Source: Anthoceros angustus (Eukaryota; Plantae; Anthocerotophyta). From it: a stretch of 64,000 bases of DNA. The DNA is taken from the NCBI GenBank assembly GCA_010909165.1, contig MU008152.1, positions 496,001 through 560,000 on the forward strand. Reading direction: 5' to 3'. Of this stretch, positions 48,769-61,221 are shown piece after piece. Under the pieces are notes generated by a model, which was given only the letters and a program-made list of their open reading frames with translations, was not told the DNA's origin and ran no database searches. Position 1 is the stretch's first letter, and each line of letters begins with the position of its first letter. A program made the position numbers and the translations under genes.

Positions 48769-49783
48769 TAGCTGAGCGCGGCGAGGAAAAGAGTAATTTA
48801 TTGGTGAACAAGATGAGGTGAAGTACACAATCGCGCGTAGTTGCAATCGTCGATGTTTTACTGCTGCCTGCTACCATCAACTACCGGGGTATGAGCCCGA
48901 TCTAATCAAACTCGAACCGTGCCCTAGCTGATCCGTGAGCGCCCAGCGCCACTCTGCTCCAACACTCCCCCTCGCTCAGGATCTACCTGTGTCTTCAGCT
49001 TGAAACCGATAGCGTCCGTGCCCAATGCGCGCAGCTGGTTGTGAGCCTATCGTCCAGTACCTGAGCTGGAGGAGAAATGCCGGAGTTGCACTCCCCCTCA
49101 ATTTGAAATTGAGGAAGCTTGACGTCTTCCTCCCAAGTAGGCCTCCTTACTTGTGAGTCCGATGCCGACAACGTGCTTCTTGTGCAGGGGCTTGGGAAGC
49201 TTGCACACCTTGCTCGGATCTTTCACGAATCCTGGTGGTTGTGACATGTCCCTTCCGTAGTGACTTAACCCCCTAGACGGTAACTAGATTACGGTGGTTA
49301 CGCGTTAACCGTCTGCTGATTGCCACCGCCCCGAGACCTTCCAAGAACGATGCTCGAGCTATGCTGTCTCTGCACTTTATGCAGATTGCTGATCTTGGAG
49401 GCGTCGCATTGCTCGCTGGCGCGAAAGCCGCCGGAGTGCGGCGCCGAGGCATCGCGCAGTCCACAAGATCGTTGAATCCCATTGCGGTTGGTTCGTTCGA
49501 GCTCCATCCCGCGAGATCGATGCAGACCACGCGCGCGGAGCCGAGGCGATGCCGAAGAACGGGGAAGGCTGTCGCTCTGATACCATAAAGCGGAGCGCGA
49601 TGCAGGAAAGAGTAATTTATTGGTGAACAAGATGAGCTTTGGCACAATCAAGTGCGTGTAGTTGCAATCGTCTCAACTGCTTTGCTACGGTTCGCTGCTA
49701 CCATCAACTACCGGGTACGAGCCCGATCTAATCAAACTCAACGGCCTTCTGCCGATCCGTGAGCGCCAGCCACTCGCTCAACA
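48769..49783 (-). mobile_element. TRIM-like non-autonomous LTR element, copy 1
   Basis: LTRs 48769-48964 and 49586-49783 (minus strand TGTTG...CCGCTTTA), PBS 49574-49585, PPT GAGGGGGAG at 48965-48973, internal RNase H remnant KLPKPLHKKHV. Flanks CCCTG/CCCGG are an imperfect TSD. Confidence 0.85.
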
Positions 49784-49789
49784 CCCGGG

Positions 49790-50600
49790 CTTGTCCAGAT
49801 CGTAAGGGGCAAGGTCGATTCTCGCCACCGGAGATATCCATGTGCTTTCGCCTTCAAGTCCACCGTGGACTCGGTCCAACTGGCCAAGCTCATGATGGCT
49901 CGATTCTGTGATCCCGAGTACTGTGATTTCTCACCGAGCCATTTTCGCGACATGCCCTCTGTACCTCCTCGCGCAATCATCCGGAAATGCTTTACCCAGT
50001 CAAGCAGGCTGCCCTATTCTTCCTCTCGTGGCTGCAGCTCACCCATTGTACAACTCGAGTCACATCCAGACCGGCGGCGGCGCTTCCTCTCGGCCCATGC
50101 ATAAGCATGCCCTCGAGGCCGGGTCTCATGTTCCACCTCCGGTGCCTCCATCCGCAGTCTCTCCTCGCATGTTGCCTCCTGCGCCAAATCGGAGCAGTCC
50201 GGGCACCTCTCCTCCTCCTTGCCTGGGAGCGTAGAAGCAGCCATGCTGTGGTCGGATCTTGTCCTGTCCTGGGCATATCCGCCGATCCGGGATTCGAAGG
50301 TTGCCCAATCCACTTGCACCTCTGCGCGTGGCGATGGCCCCTCCGCAAAGCAGAGGCTCACGTGGCTCCAATTTTGCCTTTGTGAGGATACACCTTGTTC
50401 CTTAGGGTTTTCGAAATGGGAGCCTATGGTGCTAGCATGAGGTTGATGGGACCACGATGGCCGGCCCAGAACTCGTCCATCAAGTCCTGCTAGGTCACAA
50501 TCCGGGACCGGTGTCTCGGGTCAAGGCCTTGATCACTCGGCCCATGCCGGAGAAGTGAGCCTTGTCGAACACGGGCGTCCTCCTTCCGGCGAACGCTCCA
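49790..50600 (-). pseudogene. unknown repeated family, copy D1 (degenerate)
   Basis: Fragments VQVDWATFE and GAIATR, homologous to D2. Confidence 0.7.
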
Positions 50601-51844
50601 GCCATCGCCTTCGCGCACGCTGCTGCCGCCTTGGTCGCACCATATGATGCCTCGCTCAGGTCAGGTCTAACTACCAAACCGCCGCTGCCTCGCCTCTAGT
50701 GGCGCCAGAGGAGGCAAAGAAGCGGAGGACAAAGTACATACATACTTCACACCCCACCCAATTCCAGGTTCATAACTTAACGGTTTCAGACCCATGAAAT
50801 CCTTGTCCTTTTAGTTAGGTTTTAGTTAGGGTTCATAACTACGTATTTATCATTCTTATGGCCGTTACAACTTAGAACGTGATGGTCATAGGTACTACCA
50901 CCTGACTTCTCATGGTATTTCAATGTTCACCAGATGACATGACAATTTGACTAGTGCTGTTTCTAGGCCTTACAGTCTTGTACATACTGTATGTGTGTTT
51001 GTCCTTTCAATGTTTATAGGTCCTACAACTGTGTTTTTACGGCTGTTTCTGGGCGCTGCTTCTGGTTTAACCCTGTGCAAGTCTGGCGAGAACTAGAAAC
51101 AGCAATAGGCAGCAGAGGCTACAGGGAGACGCCCAAAACACCATCACCCAGCACGTACATAAGGAATAGCCAAATTGGCTCTCCTGGACCATCATACGGA
51201 ATGGGCAGTTGCTTTCCAGGTGTGATGGATCCCAGCTGCCTGGAGGGAGTTGGCCTTGCAGGGGAGAAGGTGCAGGAGTCGCTGTGGCCGGATATAATTT
51301 GGGACCTGCAAAGATTGTCATGGGACAGCCAGTTGTCGGAGTGAGTCACACAGGACGAGGCCCGAGACTTTGATGAGCTGGCAGCTATGATGATAATCCT
51401 GTACTGTATGGACTCTTATGGGTTTGGTATGGACTCTCATGAGTTTGTCCAAGCATCCAAGCCATTCCAACACTCTTTCAGCCCCTTGACCCTCCCCGCC
51501 TCCTGCTCACTATCCTCGACAAAGAAATCTCCTTTCTTCGTCCCGTGATATGACCTTCCCAAGTTAAACATAATCCTTGAGAGCTCCAACAATCTTGGGT
51601 CTCCCTTAGACTCCGCTAACACTGCGATCTGCCTCGTCATGACATGCTGCGCATTGCATGGCGATCACTAGCAAAGTACATGAAGACTAAATTTGAGCAT
51701 CCATGGAAAGGGATTAACTCACGGCAGGCACGGCGTTCGTGGATTTAGACCCGACGCTGTACATGTACGCTTGAGTCCTAGCGGGCCTCGACGAGGCTCA
51801 AGTCGGACACACCGCTTGCTGTGGGCCCGATATCCTCAAACCTG

Positions 51845-52850
51845 TAAAGCTGAGCGATGGCAGGAAAAGAGTAATTTATTGGTGAACAAGATGAGGTGAA
51901 GTACACAATCGCGCGTAGTTGCAATCGTCGATGTTTTGTCATGTCTGCTACCATCAACTACCGGGGGTATGAGCCCGATCTAATCAAACTCGAACTGCCC
52001 TAGCCGATCCGTGAGCGCCAGCCACTCGCTCCAACACTCCCCTCGCTCGTGATCTACCCGTGTCCCCGCCTTGAAACCGCAGCGTCCTGCGCCAATGCGC
52101 TGCACTTGTTGTGAGCCTATCGTCCAAGACTGGAGGAGAAATGCCGAGTTGCACTCCCTCAATTTGAAATTGAGGAAGCTTGACGCCTCCCAAGTAGGCC
52201 TCCTTACTTGTGGAGTCCGGCGTACAACGTGCTTCTTGTGCAGGGCTTGGGAAGCTTGCACACCTTGCTCGGATCTTCACGAATCTCGGTGGTTGTGACA
52301 CGTCCTTCCAGTAGTGACTTAACCCCTAGACGGTAACTAGATTACGGGTGGTTACTGCATTATTAACCATGCTTGGTGAACAAGGCATTGCCGGGCGTCG
52401 TCTGAGACCTTCCAAGAACGATGCTCGAGCTAGCCTTGTCTCGCACTTTATGCATTGTCGATCTTGAGGCGTCAGCTCAAGCGCGAAAGCCGGAGCGCGC
52501 CGAGGCATCGCGCAGTCCACAAGATCGTTGAATCCCATTGCGGTTGGTTCGTTCGAGCTCCATCCCGCGAGATCGATGCAGACCACGTGCGCGGAGCCGA
52601 GGTGATGCCGAAGAATGGGGAAGGCTGTCGCTCTGATACCATAAAGCGGAGCGCGATGCAGAGGAAAAGAGTAATTTATTGGTGAACAAGATGAGCTTAA
52701 GTACACAATCGCGCGTAGTTGCAATCGTCTCGAACTGCTTTGCTACGGGTTTGCCTCTGCTACCATCAACTACCGGGCAATGGTGCCCGATCTAATCAAA
52801 CTCGAACTGCCCTGCCGATCCGTGAGCGCCAGCCGCCACTCGCTCCAACA
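51845..52850 (-). mobile_element. TRIM-like non-autonomous LTR element, copy 2
   Basis: LTRs 51845-52036 and 52642-52850, PBS 52630-52641, PPT at 52037 onward; same site as copy 1 within the duplicated unit. Confidence 0.85.
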
Positions 52851-53746
52851 CACAGGGCTTGTCCAGGATCGTGGTGCAAGCCGATTCTCGCCACCGGAGA
52901 TATCCATGTGCGCGCTTCGTCCTTCAAGTCCACTGTGGACTCGGTCCAACTGGCCAAGCTCATGATGGCTCGATTCGATCCCGAGTACTGTGATTTCTCA
53001 CCGAGCTACTTTCTGCGACATGCCCTCTGTACCTCCTCGCGCAATCATCCCGAAATGCTTTACTCAGCTTCGCCTGTACATTATTCTTCCTCTCGTGGCT
53101 GCAGCTCACCCATTGTACAACTCGAGTCACATCTGCATTCTGCTCAAGGGCGCTGGCCCTCCTCTCGCCCACATGCATAAGCATGCCCCGAGGCCGGGTC
53201 TCATGTTCCACCTCCGGTGCCTCCATCCCGCGGTTCTCCTCGCATGTTGCCTCCTGCGCCAAATCGGAGCAGTCCGGGCAGCCTCCTCCTCCTTGCCCGG
53301 GAGCGTATGTAAACCATGCTGTGGTCGGATCTTGTCCTGTCCTGGGCATATCCGCCTCGGATGGGATTCGAAGGCGAAGGTTGCCCAATCCACTTGCAGA
53401 CCTCTGCGCGTGGCGATGGCCCTCTCAAGCAGAGGCTCACGTGGCTCCAATTTCTGCCTTTGTGAGGATACACCTTGTTCCTTAGGGTTTTCAGAAATGG
53501 GAGCTCTATGGTGCTAGCACGTCTGAGGTTGATGGGACCACGATGGCCGGCCCAGCCGAACTCGTCCATCAAGTCCTGCTAGGTCACAATCTGGTCCAAG
53601 GGACGGGTGTCTCTTGGGTCAAGGCCTTGATCACTCTGGCCCATGCTGGAGAAGTGAGCCTTGTCGAACACGGGCGTCCTCCTCCTTCGGGCGAACGCCT
53701 AGCCATCGCCGCTGCTGCACGCTGCCGCCTTGGTCGCACCATATGA
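52851..53746 (-). pseudogene. unknown repeated family, copy D2 (frameshifted)
   Basis: DEFGWAGHRGPINLRRASTIELPFLKTLRNKVYP and GAIATRRGLQVDWATFAF lie in different frames. Confidence 0.8.
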
Positions 53747-54846
53747 TGCCTCGCTCAGGTCAGGTCTTCTAACTACCAAACCGCTGCTCTCTGCTCTCTG
53801 CTCTCTAGTGGCGCCAACAGAGGAGGCAAAGAAGCGGGAGGACAAAGTACATACATACTTCACACCCCACCCAATTCCAATTCCTAACTTAACGGGTTTC
53901 AGACCTACAGAAACCCTGAATTGTCCTTTTAGTTAGGTTTTAGTTAGGGTTCATAACTACGTATTTATCATTCTTATGGCCGTTACAACTTAGAATTGTG
54001 ATGGTCATAGGTACCTACTCACTCCGATTCTCATGGTAGAAGCCAATGTTCACCAGATGACATGACAATTTGACTAGTGCTGTTTCTAGGCCTTACAGTC
54101 TTGTACATATTGTATGTGGATTTGTCCTTTCAATGTTTATAGGTCCTACAACTGTGTTTTTTTACGGCTCCCGTTTCTGGGGCGGCCGCTTCTGCGGTTT
54201 AACCCTGTGCAAGTCTGGCGAGAACTAGAAACAGCAATAGGCAGCAGAGGCTACAGGGAGACGCCCAAAACACCATCACCCAGCACGTACATAAGGAATA
54301 GCCAAATTGGCTCTCCTGGACCATCATACGGAATGGGCAGTTGCTTTCCAGGTGTGATGGATCCCAGCTGCCTGGAGGGAGTTGGCCTTGCAGGGGAGAA
54401 GGTGCAGGAGTCGCTGTGGCCGGATATAATTTGGGACCTGCAAAGATTGTCATGGGACAGCCAGTTGTCGGAGTGAGTCACACAGGACGAGGCCCGAGAC
54501 TTTGATGAGCTCAGGCAAGCAGCTATGATGATAATCCTGTACTGTATGGACTCTTATGGGTTTGGTATGGACTCTCATGGGTTTGTCATGGAACAACTGG
54601 GTCGCACAGCGTGAAGGAGGAGACAAGGGATTCCTGCCGATCTGATCATGAAATATCCTTCGCAGTGTGGATGTCTAGCCGGCAGGAGTCCAAGAGGAAC
54701 AAACCAGCCATTCCACCCGATTCTGAAATTATTATTCTCGATGATGACTCGGACGATGACAAGCCACAAATTTCTGGCCTTGCAGACATGTACAGGGTGG
54801 ACAAACTGTGATTGAAACAGTCAGTTCAGGAAACAAAGTGTGAATG

Positions 54847-54945
54847 TGCAGGGAAACAAACTGTGACTGAAACAGTCAGTGCAGGGAAACAAACTGTGAC
54901 TGAAACTGTCAGTGCAGGGAAACAAACTGTGAATGAAACTGTCAG
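54847..54945. repeat. 33-bp tandem repeat x3
   Basis: TGCAGGGAAACAAACTGTGACTGAAACAGTCAG units. Confidence 0.85.
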
Positions 54946-56041
54946 TGGAGGGACGGAGTACAAGAGGCTACCAGCAGGCTCTTGCTTTATCGGCTGGGGT
55001 GCTGTATGCTGGACTCGGAGCATTGCCAGGCGAAGGAAGTGGGCAAGTTGGCGTCAAGGCTCATCTTCCACCGGAGGCTTTGGGAGTGCCCACAGTGACG
55101 GAAGCGCAAGGATGGATGTCGTTTGCTGGCGTGGATCAGAGGAGGGCTAAGAGGCGTCGTCCTGGGAAGAAGCAGCCAGTTGAGGACACAGAGATCATTA
55201 TCTGAGCTCCGATGAGTCCTCGGATGAGAAACCGGTTGGTCCGCTCGTCTCTGATAAGTGTTTGATCCTTAGCTCAGGTGGCGAGCCTGCTGAGAAGCAG
55301 CGGCGGGCTGTTCGTCGTTTTGATGTTTACACTGTAAACATTCACATGGTATGCAACACGTGGAATACAACCGTCAGACATTGTTCTGAACCGCCATAGT
55401 GCCCAGTATTGATGACATTGAGCGAATGTCAGACATGCCGGACGTCGTCATGCTGCGCATTGCTTGCATTGAGGAGCAACGTACGTGAAAACTCTGAAAT
55501 TTGAGAATCCATGGAAAGGAATCAACTCACCGGGAGAAGCAGCGATGCTCTCAGGTACAGGACGACACTCTGGAGGCCCCCAGAGTGCCCAATATACGTC
55601 TCCCCTAGGCCTGGAGCCTGTTCCCTGAGGTGTATGAGTTTGCTAGTTGCATGAGTGAGCAGTCCATGTATCCATGAAATTGACCTGTAGAACAAAGTGG
55701 TATCCCACTGTACCTGAACAGGTCTGTGCAGACAGATATGTGGCTTGCATATAAATCTCCTGGTCAGGTTGTCAGTTGCTGCTGTGGGCTTCTGTTGCTC
55801 CTGAGTAAGGCCTGCCAAGCCCCTGAAGGAACAGGAGTTCGACTGATGCTTTTGTCTGGTCAAAAGGCATGGACGCTTGAGTGGCAGGAGACGCCCTTTA
55901 CACTTAAGGGTTGTGGCTCCTGACGTGATTTCTGTGGGCAAGTATGTCAAATAGATTGTTGCAGACAGCCCGCAGATTGTTGCAGATCGAAAGTAGCTTG
56001 CTACAGACTTTGAGAAGACAGAGACTGGGATGGTGGCACTT

Positions 56042-58572
56042 CGGCTGGCCAGCTGACTGGGGCTGCTGGTGTTTTGGCTGTAGTTGTGAAGTCATGGAAG
56101 AGAAGCCGGCTGACTGCTGCATCTTGGAGCTTGAGGGTTCTCGGAGCTGAGACAGTCTCATGTGGAAATCATGGACAGCTGAGAGGTCTTGGAGCTGCAT
56201 CTTGGAGGTGAGACAGTCCCATCTGTTGGGCACAGATGATTGAATCATGTGCACCGGTACCATTCCTGAGCCAGCTGCATCACTTCCTTGTTGCTGCATC
56301 ACATGATCAACATGCGCCTTCTGAAGTGTGCCATGAGGTGGGACACAGGAATTTGAAGCCACAATCATGTGGAAGTTGAAGCCACCACGGTTGCAAGCTC
56401 CCTTTCTTCCACCGAATCATGTCCTCAGTACCAGCTGTAATTTTCAAGGAGTAACCTTCCAATAGAAGGATAAGCACATGAGCCTGCCCTGAGCTGCTTG
56501 GCATGTTCGAAAGACATGGAGAGCTGCCTGCTATGGCTGTCCTTGATGCCATTTGTATTTTGGCAGCATCCCATTGTCTTGGTATTCACAACTTGAGTTT
56601 CGCGAAAATGTGTGGAACTGCCTCTGGGTTGTTCACAAACATTGTTCTGAATTGCAGTATTCAGGACATCGAGCGAATGCAAAGGTGCTCTCACATGCTC
56701 ACAGAGGTTTCGCTCAGGATCAATTTTGCTCCCGTTCCAGCCATTTTCTGACCTTTATGACTTGCAAATCATGCCGAAACGGTGCGAGGGCGCTATGCTG
56801 ATGCTGTTGTTGTGAGCCCGGCCCTTGAATGTCCACGGCTTGCAGTCAACAGGTGGCCCCAGTCCGTTGAAGCTTGTTGCTGCTTGTCCATTTTACAGTG
56901 AATTGGAGCACCCCCAATATTTGCCCTGGTTGTTGCATCCCATGTGAATGTTTACACTGTAAACATCAACATGTATACACCCATCAGTGTTTACATGTTT
57001 GCAGTGACACTGGATCTGCCTGCCGTGGGTGCTTCACTGTGATGGGTGTGTTGAACATGGAAACAGCAACTCCAGGAAAGCAACAATGTGAGCGAGATAT
57101 ATGCTACATTTGCCCTATGCCTTGGGGCATAAGGTTTGGGTAGAAGCAAATGAGCATGCATTGACTCCAGCAACAAAGTGATGCAGCATCCACATCAATA
57201 GTCACAACGCCGGAGCGCCAGTCAGCCTGGCCTATCCAAATACCCCCATCTCAGTCTCTGTATTCTCACAGGATATGCATCCAGAGGTTCATCAATTCCA
57301 GCCGGCTGGCCAGCTGACTGGGGCTGCTGGTGTTTTGGCTGTAGTTGTGAAGTCATGGAAGAGAAGCCGGCTGACTGCTGCATCTTGGAGCTTGAGGGTT
57401 CTCGGAGCTGAGACAGTCTCATGTGGAAATCATGGACAGCTGAGAGGTCTTGGAGCTGCATCTTGAGGTGAGACAGTCCCATCTGTTGGGCACAGATGAT
57501 TGAATCATGTGCACCGGTACCATTCCTGAGCCAGCTGCATCACTTCCTTGTTGCTGCATCACATGATCAACATGCGCCTTCTGAAGTGTGCCATGAGGTG
57601 TGGGACACAGGAATTTGAAGCCACAATCATGTGGAAGTTGAAGCCACCACGGTTGCAAGCTCCCTTCCTTCCACCGAATCATGTCCTCAGTACCAGCTGT
57701 AATTTTCAAGGAGTAACCTTCCAATAGAAGGATAAGCACATGAGCCTGCCCTGAGCTGCTTGGCATGTTCGAAAGACATGGAGAGCTGCCTGCTATGGCT
57801 GTCCTTGATGCCATTTGTATTTTGGCAGCATCCCATTGTCTTGGTAATCACAACTTGAGTTTCGCGAAAATGTGTGGAACTGCCTCTGGGTTGTTCACAA
57901 ACATTGTTCTGAATTGCAGTATTCATGACATCGAGCGAATGCAAAGGTGCGCTCACATGCTCACAGAGGTTTCGCTCAGCATCAATTTTGCTCCCGTTCC
58001 AGCCATTTTCTGACCTTTATGACTTGCAAATCATGCCGAAACGGTGCGAGGGCGCTATGCTGATGCTGTTGTTGTGAGCCCGGCCCTTGAATGTCCACGG
58101 CTTGCAGTCAACAGGTGGCCCCAGTCCGTTGAAGCTTGTTGCTGCCTGTCCATTTTACAGTGAATTGGAGCACCCCAATATTTGCCCTGGTTGTTGCATC
58201 CCATGTGAATATTTACACTGTAAACATCAACATGTCTACACCCATCAGTGTTTACATGTTTGCAGTGACACTGGATCTGCCTGCCGTGGGTGCTTCACTG
58301 TGATGGGTGTGTTGAACATGGAAACAGCAACTCCAGGAAAGCAACAATGTGAGCGAGATATATGCTACATTTGCCCTATGCCTTGGGGCATAAGGTTTGG
58401 GTAGAAGCAAATGAGCATGCATTGACTCCAGCAACAAAGTGATGCAGCATCCACATCAATAGTCACAACGCCGGAGCGCCAGTCAGCCTGGCCTATCCAA
58501 ATACCCCCATCTCAGTCTCTGTATTCTCACAGGATATGCATCCAGAGGTTCATCAATTCCAGCCGGCTGGCC
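56042..58572. repeat. ~1261-bp tandem duplication
   Basis: CGGCTGGCCA at 56042, 57303 and ~58564. Matching ORFs are offset by 1261-1262. Confidence 0.93.
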
Positions 58573-59193
58573 ACTCACAGCTTCAACGAACATAACATTA
58601 TCCCATTCTTTGTGGTCATAATCAAGCTCATGACCAGCAGCAGATTCACCAGAGAGCCTCTGACAGCATCAACAGTGTTTGTTTGTACTGACAGTGAAGA
58701 CATGCAGATATGACTCTGGTCTGCTGGTCCTCTGCGCCAGCCGTCCTACCTAGAAAATGGCTGGAACGGAGCAAAATTGATGCTGAGCGAAACCTCTGCG
58801 GGCATGTGAGCTCACCTTTGCATTCGCTCGATGTCATCAATACTGGGCACTCTGGCGGTTCAGAACAATGTTTGTGAACAACCCATAGGCAGTTCCACAA
58901 ATATTCGCGAAATTAAGTTATGATTACCAATATAATGGGATGCCGCCAAAATACAAATGGCATCAAGGACAGCCATAGCAGACAGCCCTCCATCTCTTTC
59001 GAACATGCCTAGCAGCTCAGGGCCAGGCTCCTATCCTAATCCTTCTATTGGAAGGTAACTGCATGAACACTATAGCTGGTACTGAGAACATGATTCGGTA
59101 GGAGGAAGGGATTGCAACCGTGATGGCTTCACCTACCACATGTGGCTTCACATTCATGTGTCCCACATCTCATGGCACACTTGAGAAGACGCA
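57573..59193. repeat. inverted repeat, ~440-bp diverged arms (57573-58011 and 58752-59193)
   Basis: e.g. CCGTTCCAGCCATTTTCT vs AGAAAATGGCTGGAACGG; AAGTGTGCCATGAG vs CTCATGGCACACTT. Confidence 0.85.
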
Positions 59194-60375
59194 AACAAAG
59201 ATTTCTAATTTCTAAACTGCAAAAATTGAATCACTACCAGCCCAGGAACTTTTCTCAAAATCCTGGACAGTGTTGGAAGGGTTCCCTGATTTTGGGATAC
59301 TCACCTTGCTGGTCGTGATTCAATTCTTTGCAATCTAGAAAGTAGAAAATTTTTGTTTTGTGATCAGTCTTCGAAGCCTCTCCACGCCCAGTCACTGCTC
59401 ACTTTCCTAGGCCTAGATTTCCTGTCACTCGATCCCCTTCCTGCCCACTGTACCTAGATCTCCCTCCTCTACATCTGACAGGCCGTCTAGATCTCCTCCT
59501 CACCACCCCCAGTATCCTCCCCTGCTGTTACCCCGGACTCCTCCCTCCATCCTAGGACCGGTCTCCATCTGCATCTTCCCTCCCTGCAGAGTCCCTCCTC
59601 CAGAGTCATCTTGTCCCTCCTCCTTCAGAAGCATCTTTCCCGGACTGCCGTGTACCACCTTCTTCGAGCACAACTTCATCTTGAACGTCTTCTTAATTGC
59701 AAATGGGGATGGCAAGCTTGGGCAGACCCTCCTGCACGACCACTTACCAAGCTCTTCTGCACCTCTAGAACAAACCTGATCGCCCCACTCACCCGAGAAT
59801 TCACACTCCACATGGTCGCTCCTACTCTTACGTCAGCCCTGTTGCGGAGGTCTCATCATCAGGATCATTCGCTTGACAGCATCAGAGCAGCTTTGCAACC
59901 TCTGTAAATACTTCGGACTGTGGAGTAAACGTGAACTCTAACTACAAAAATCAAAATGAACTATCATATTTTGAGTTTCGTCGAGACCCCAAGCTGGACA
60001 TATCCTTGAAAGCTCCAACAGTCTGGGGTCTCCTCCAGACCTGCGTTTAACACCACAATCTCGTTTCCGTTCACGACGTCGTCATGCCGCGCATTGCTTG
60101 CACTTGAGGGGCAACGTACATGAAAACTCTGAAATTTGAGAATCCATGGTAAGGAATCAACTCACCGGGAGAAGCAGCGTTGCTCCCAGGTACAGGACGA
60201 CACTCTGGAGGCTGTACATGCCAGCTTGTGTCCCTCCTGGCTCAGTTCCTGACGAGGCTCCGGAGGCTGTACATATACGGTAGGCCTGCTTGCCAGGGCC
60301 TGATATCCCCAGGGACATGGTCAAGCAAGCGTATTTCTGGCCACAAGAGACATCCACCTGTATTTCTTCATACAA

Positions 60376-61221
60376 TTGCAAGTTTACCTGCGAACTCGGT
60401 CCAGCTGGCGGGCTCTTCTCGCTAGCCACTGGAGCCAGGCAGTGAATTCACATCTGGGCCGAGCTTGTTGGAGAGGCCATTCATGGTGTCGTTGCCGAAT
60501 CCATGTACATTTGGGAGTGAGATCCAGACCCCGGCTGGTCCGCGCGCGCTTCCTCCTGGCCCGCATAGAGGAGCATGCCCTGAGGCTGGATCTCATGTTC
60601 CTGCTCCTCCTCTACACGATTGTCATGAGAAGTAGCCCTCGGCAGCACATGGGGAGCATTCCGGAAGGCATCTCCTCTGAACGCCTGGGAGTGAAATCCA
60701 GAGCGCGCGCTCGTCCGCGGGCTCTTCCTCCTGGACCGTACAGACAAATATGGCCTGAGGCCGGATCTCGCGTCCACGGGGCTCCTGAGCTCCATCGCGG
60801 TTGTCATGACAAGTAACCTCCCGCGCCACATGAGCATTCCGGGCGACCTCTCCCTCTCCTTGCCTGGAAGCAGAAGCATCCGTCCTCACAAGGTAGTCAC
60901 TTTTCTTATGTAGGCTATTCCTTTGCCAATGAGCTGGGCCTCGAAGGCGAACTTTGCCCAGCCACTTGCACACCTCTGCAAGGCCAAGGCGCCTCTCGCA
61001 AAGGACACTCTCCCGCTCCAACTGTTGCCTCTGTTGGGATACACCTTGTCTTTCAGGGTTTTGAGAAACGGGAGCTGTATTGTGCGAGCCTTTCTGAGGT
61101 TGATGGCACCCTTGCCGGTCCAGCCGAACTCGTCCATCAAGTCCTGCCTACTCACCATTCCATCCCCATCCCAGGCATGCGGGATTCTTGGATCAAGGCC
61201 TTGGTCCATTGCTCGCGCCAT
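60376..61221 (-). pseudogene. unknown repeated family, copy E (frameshifted); 3' exons extend to ~59.2 kb
   Basis: MARAMDQGLDPRIP..DLMDEFGWTGKGAINLRKARTIQLPFLKTLKDKVYP..FARGALA. 59.2-60.4 kb is homologous to 17.9-19.1 kb. Confidence 0.8.

Larger units (their letters stand above)
48340..54579. repeat. ~3.1-kb tandem duplication (each unit = family copy D + TRIM)
   Basis: TATGGACTCTCATG anchor at 48340, 51428 and 54566. ORFs near 51.0 and 54.1 kb are shared. Copies differ by many small indels. Confidence 0.9.

Noticed and set aside
50800-50840. Telomere-like TTAGG/TTAGGG motifs (also near 53930)
   Set aside because: Only two degenerate units, far from a TTTAGGG array.
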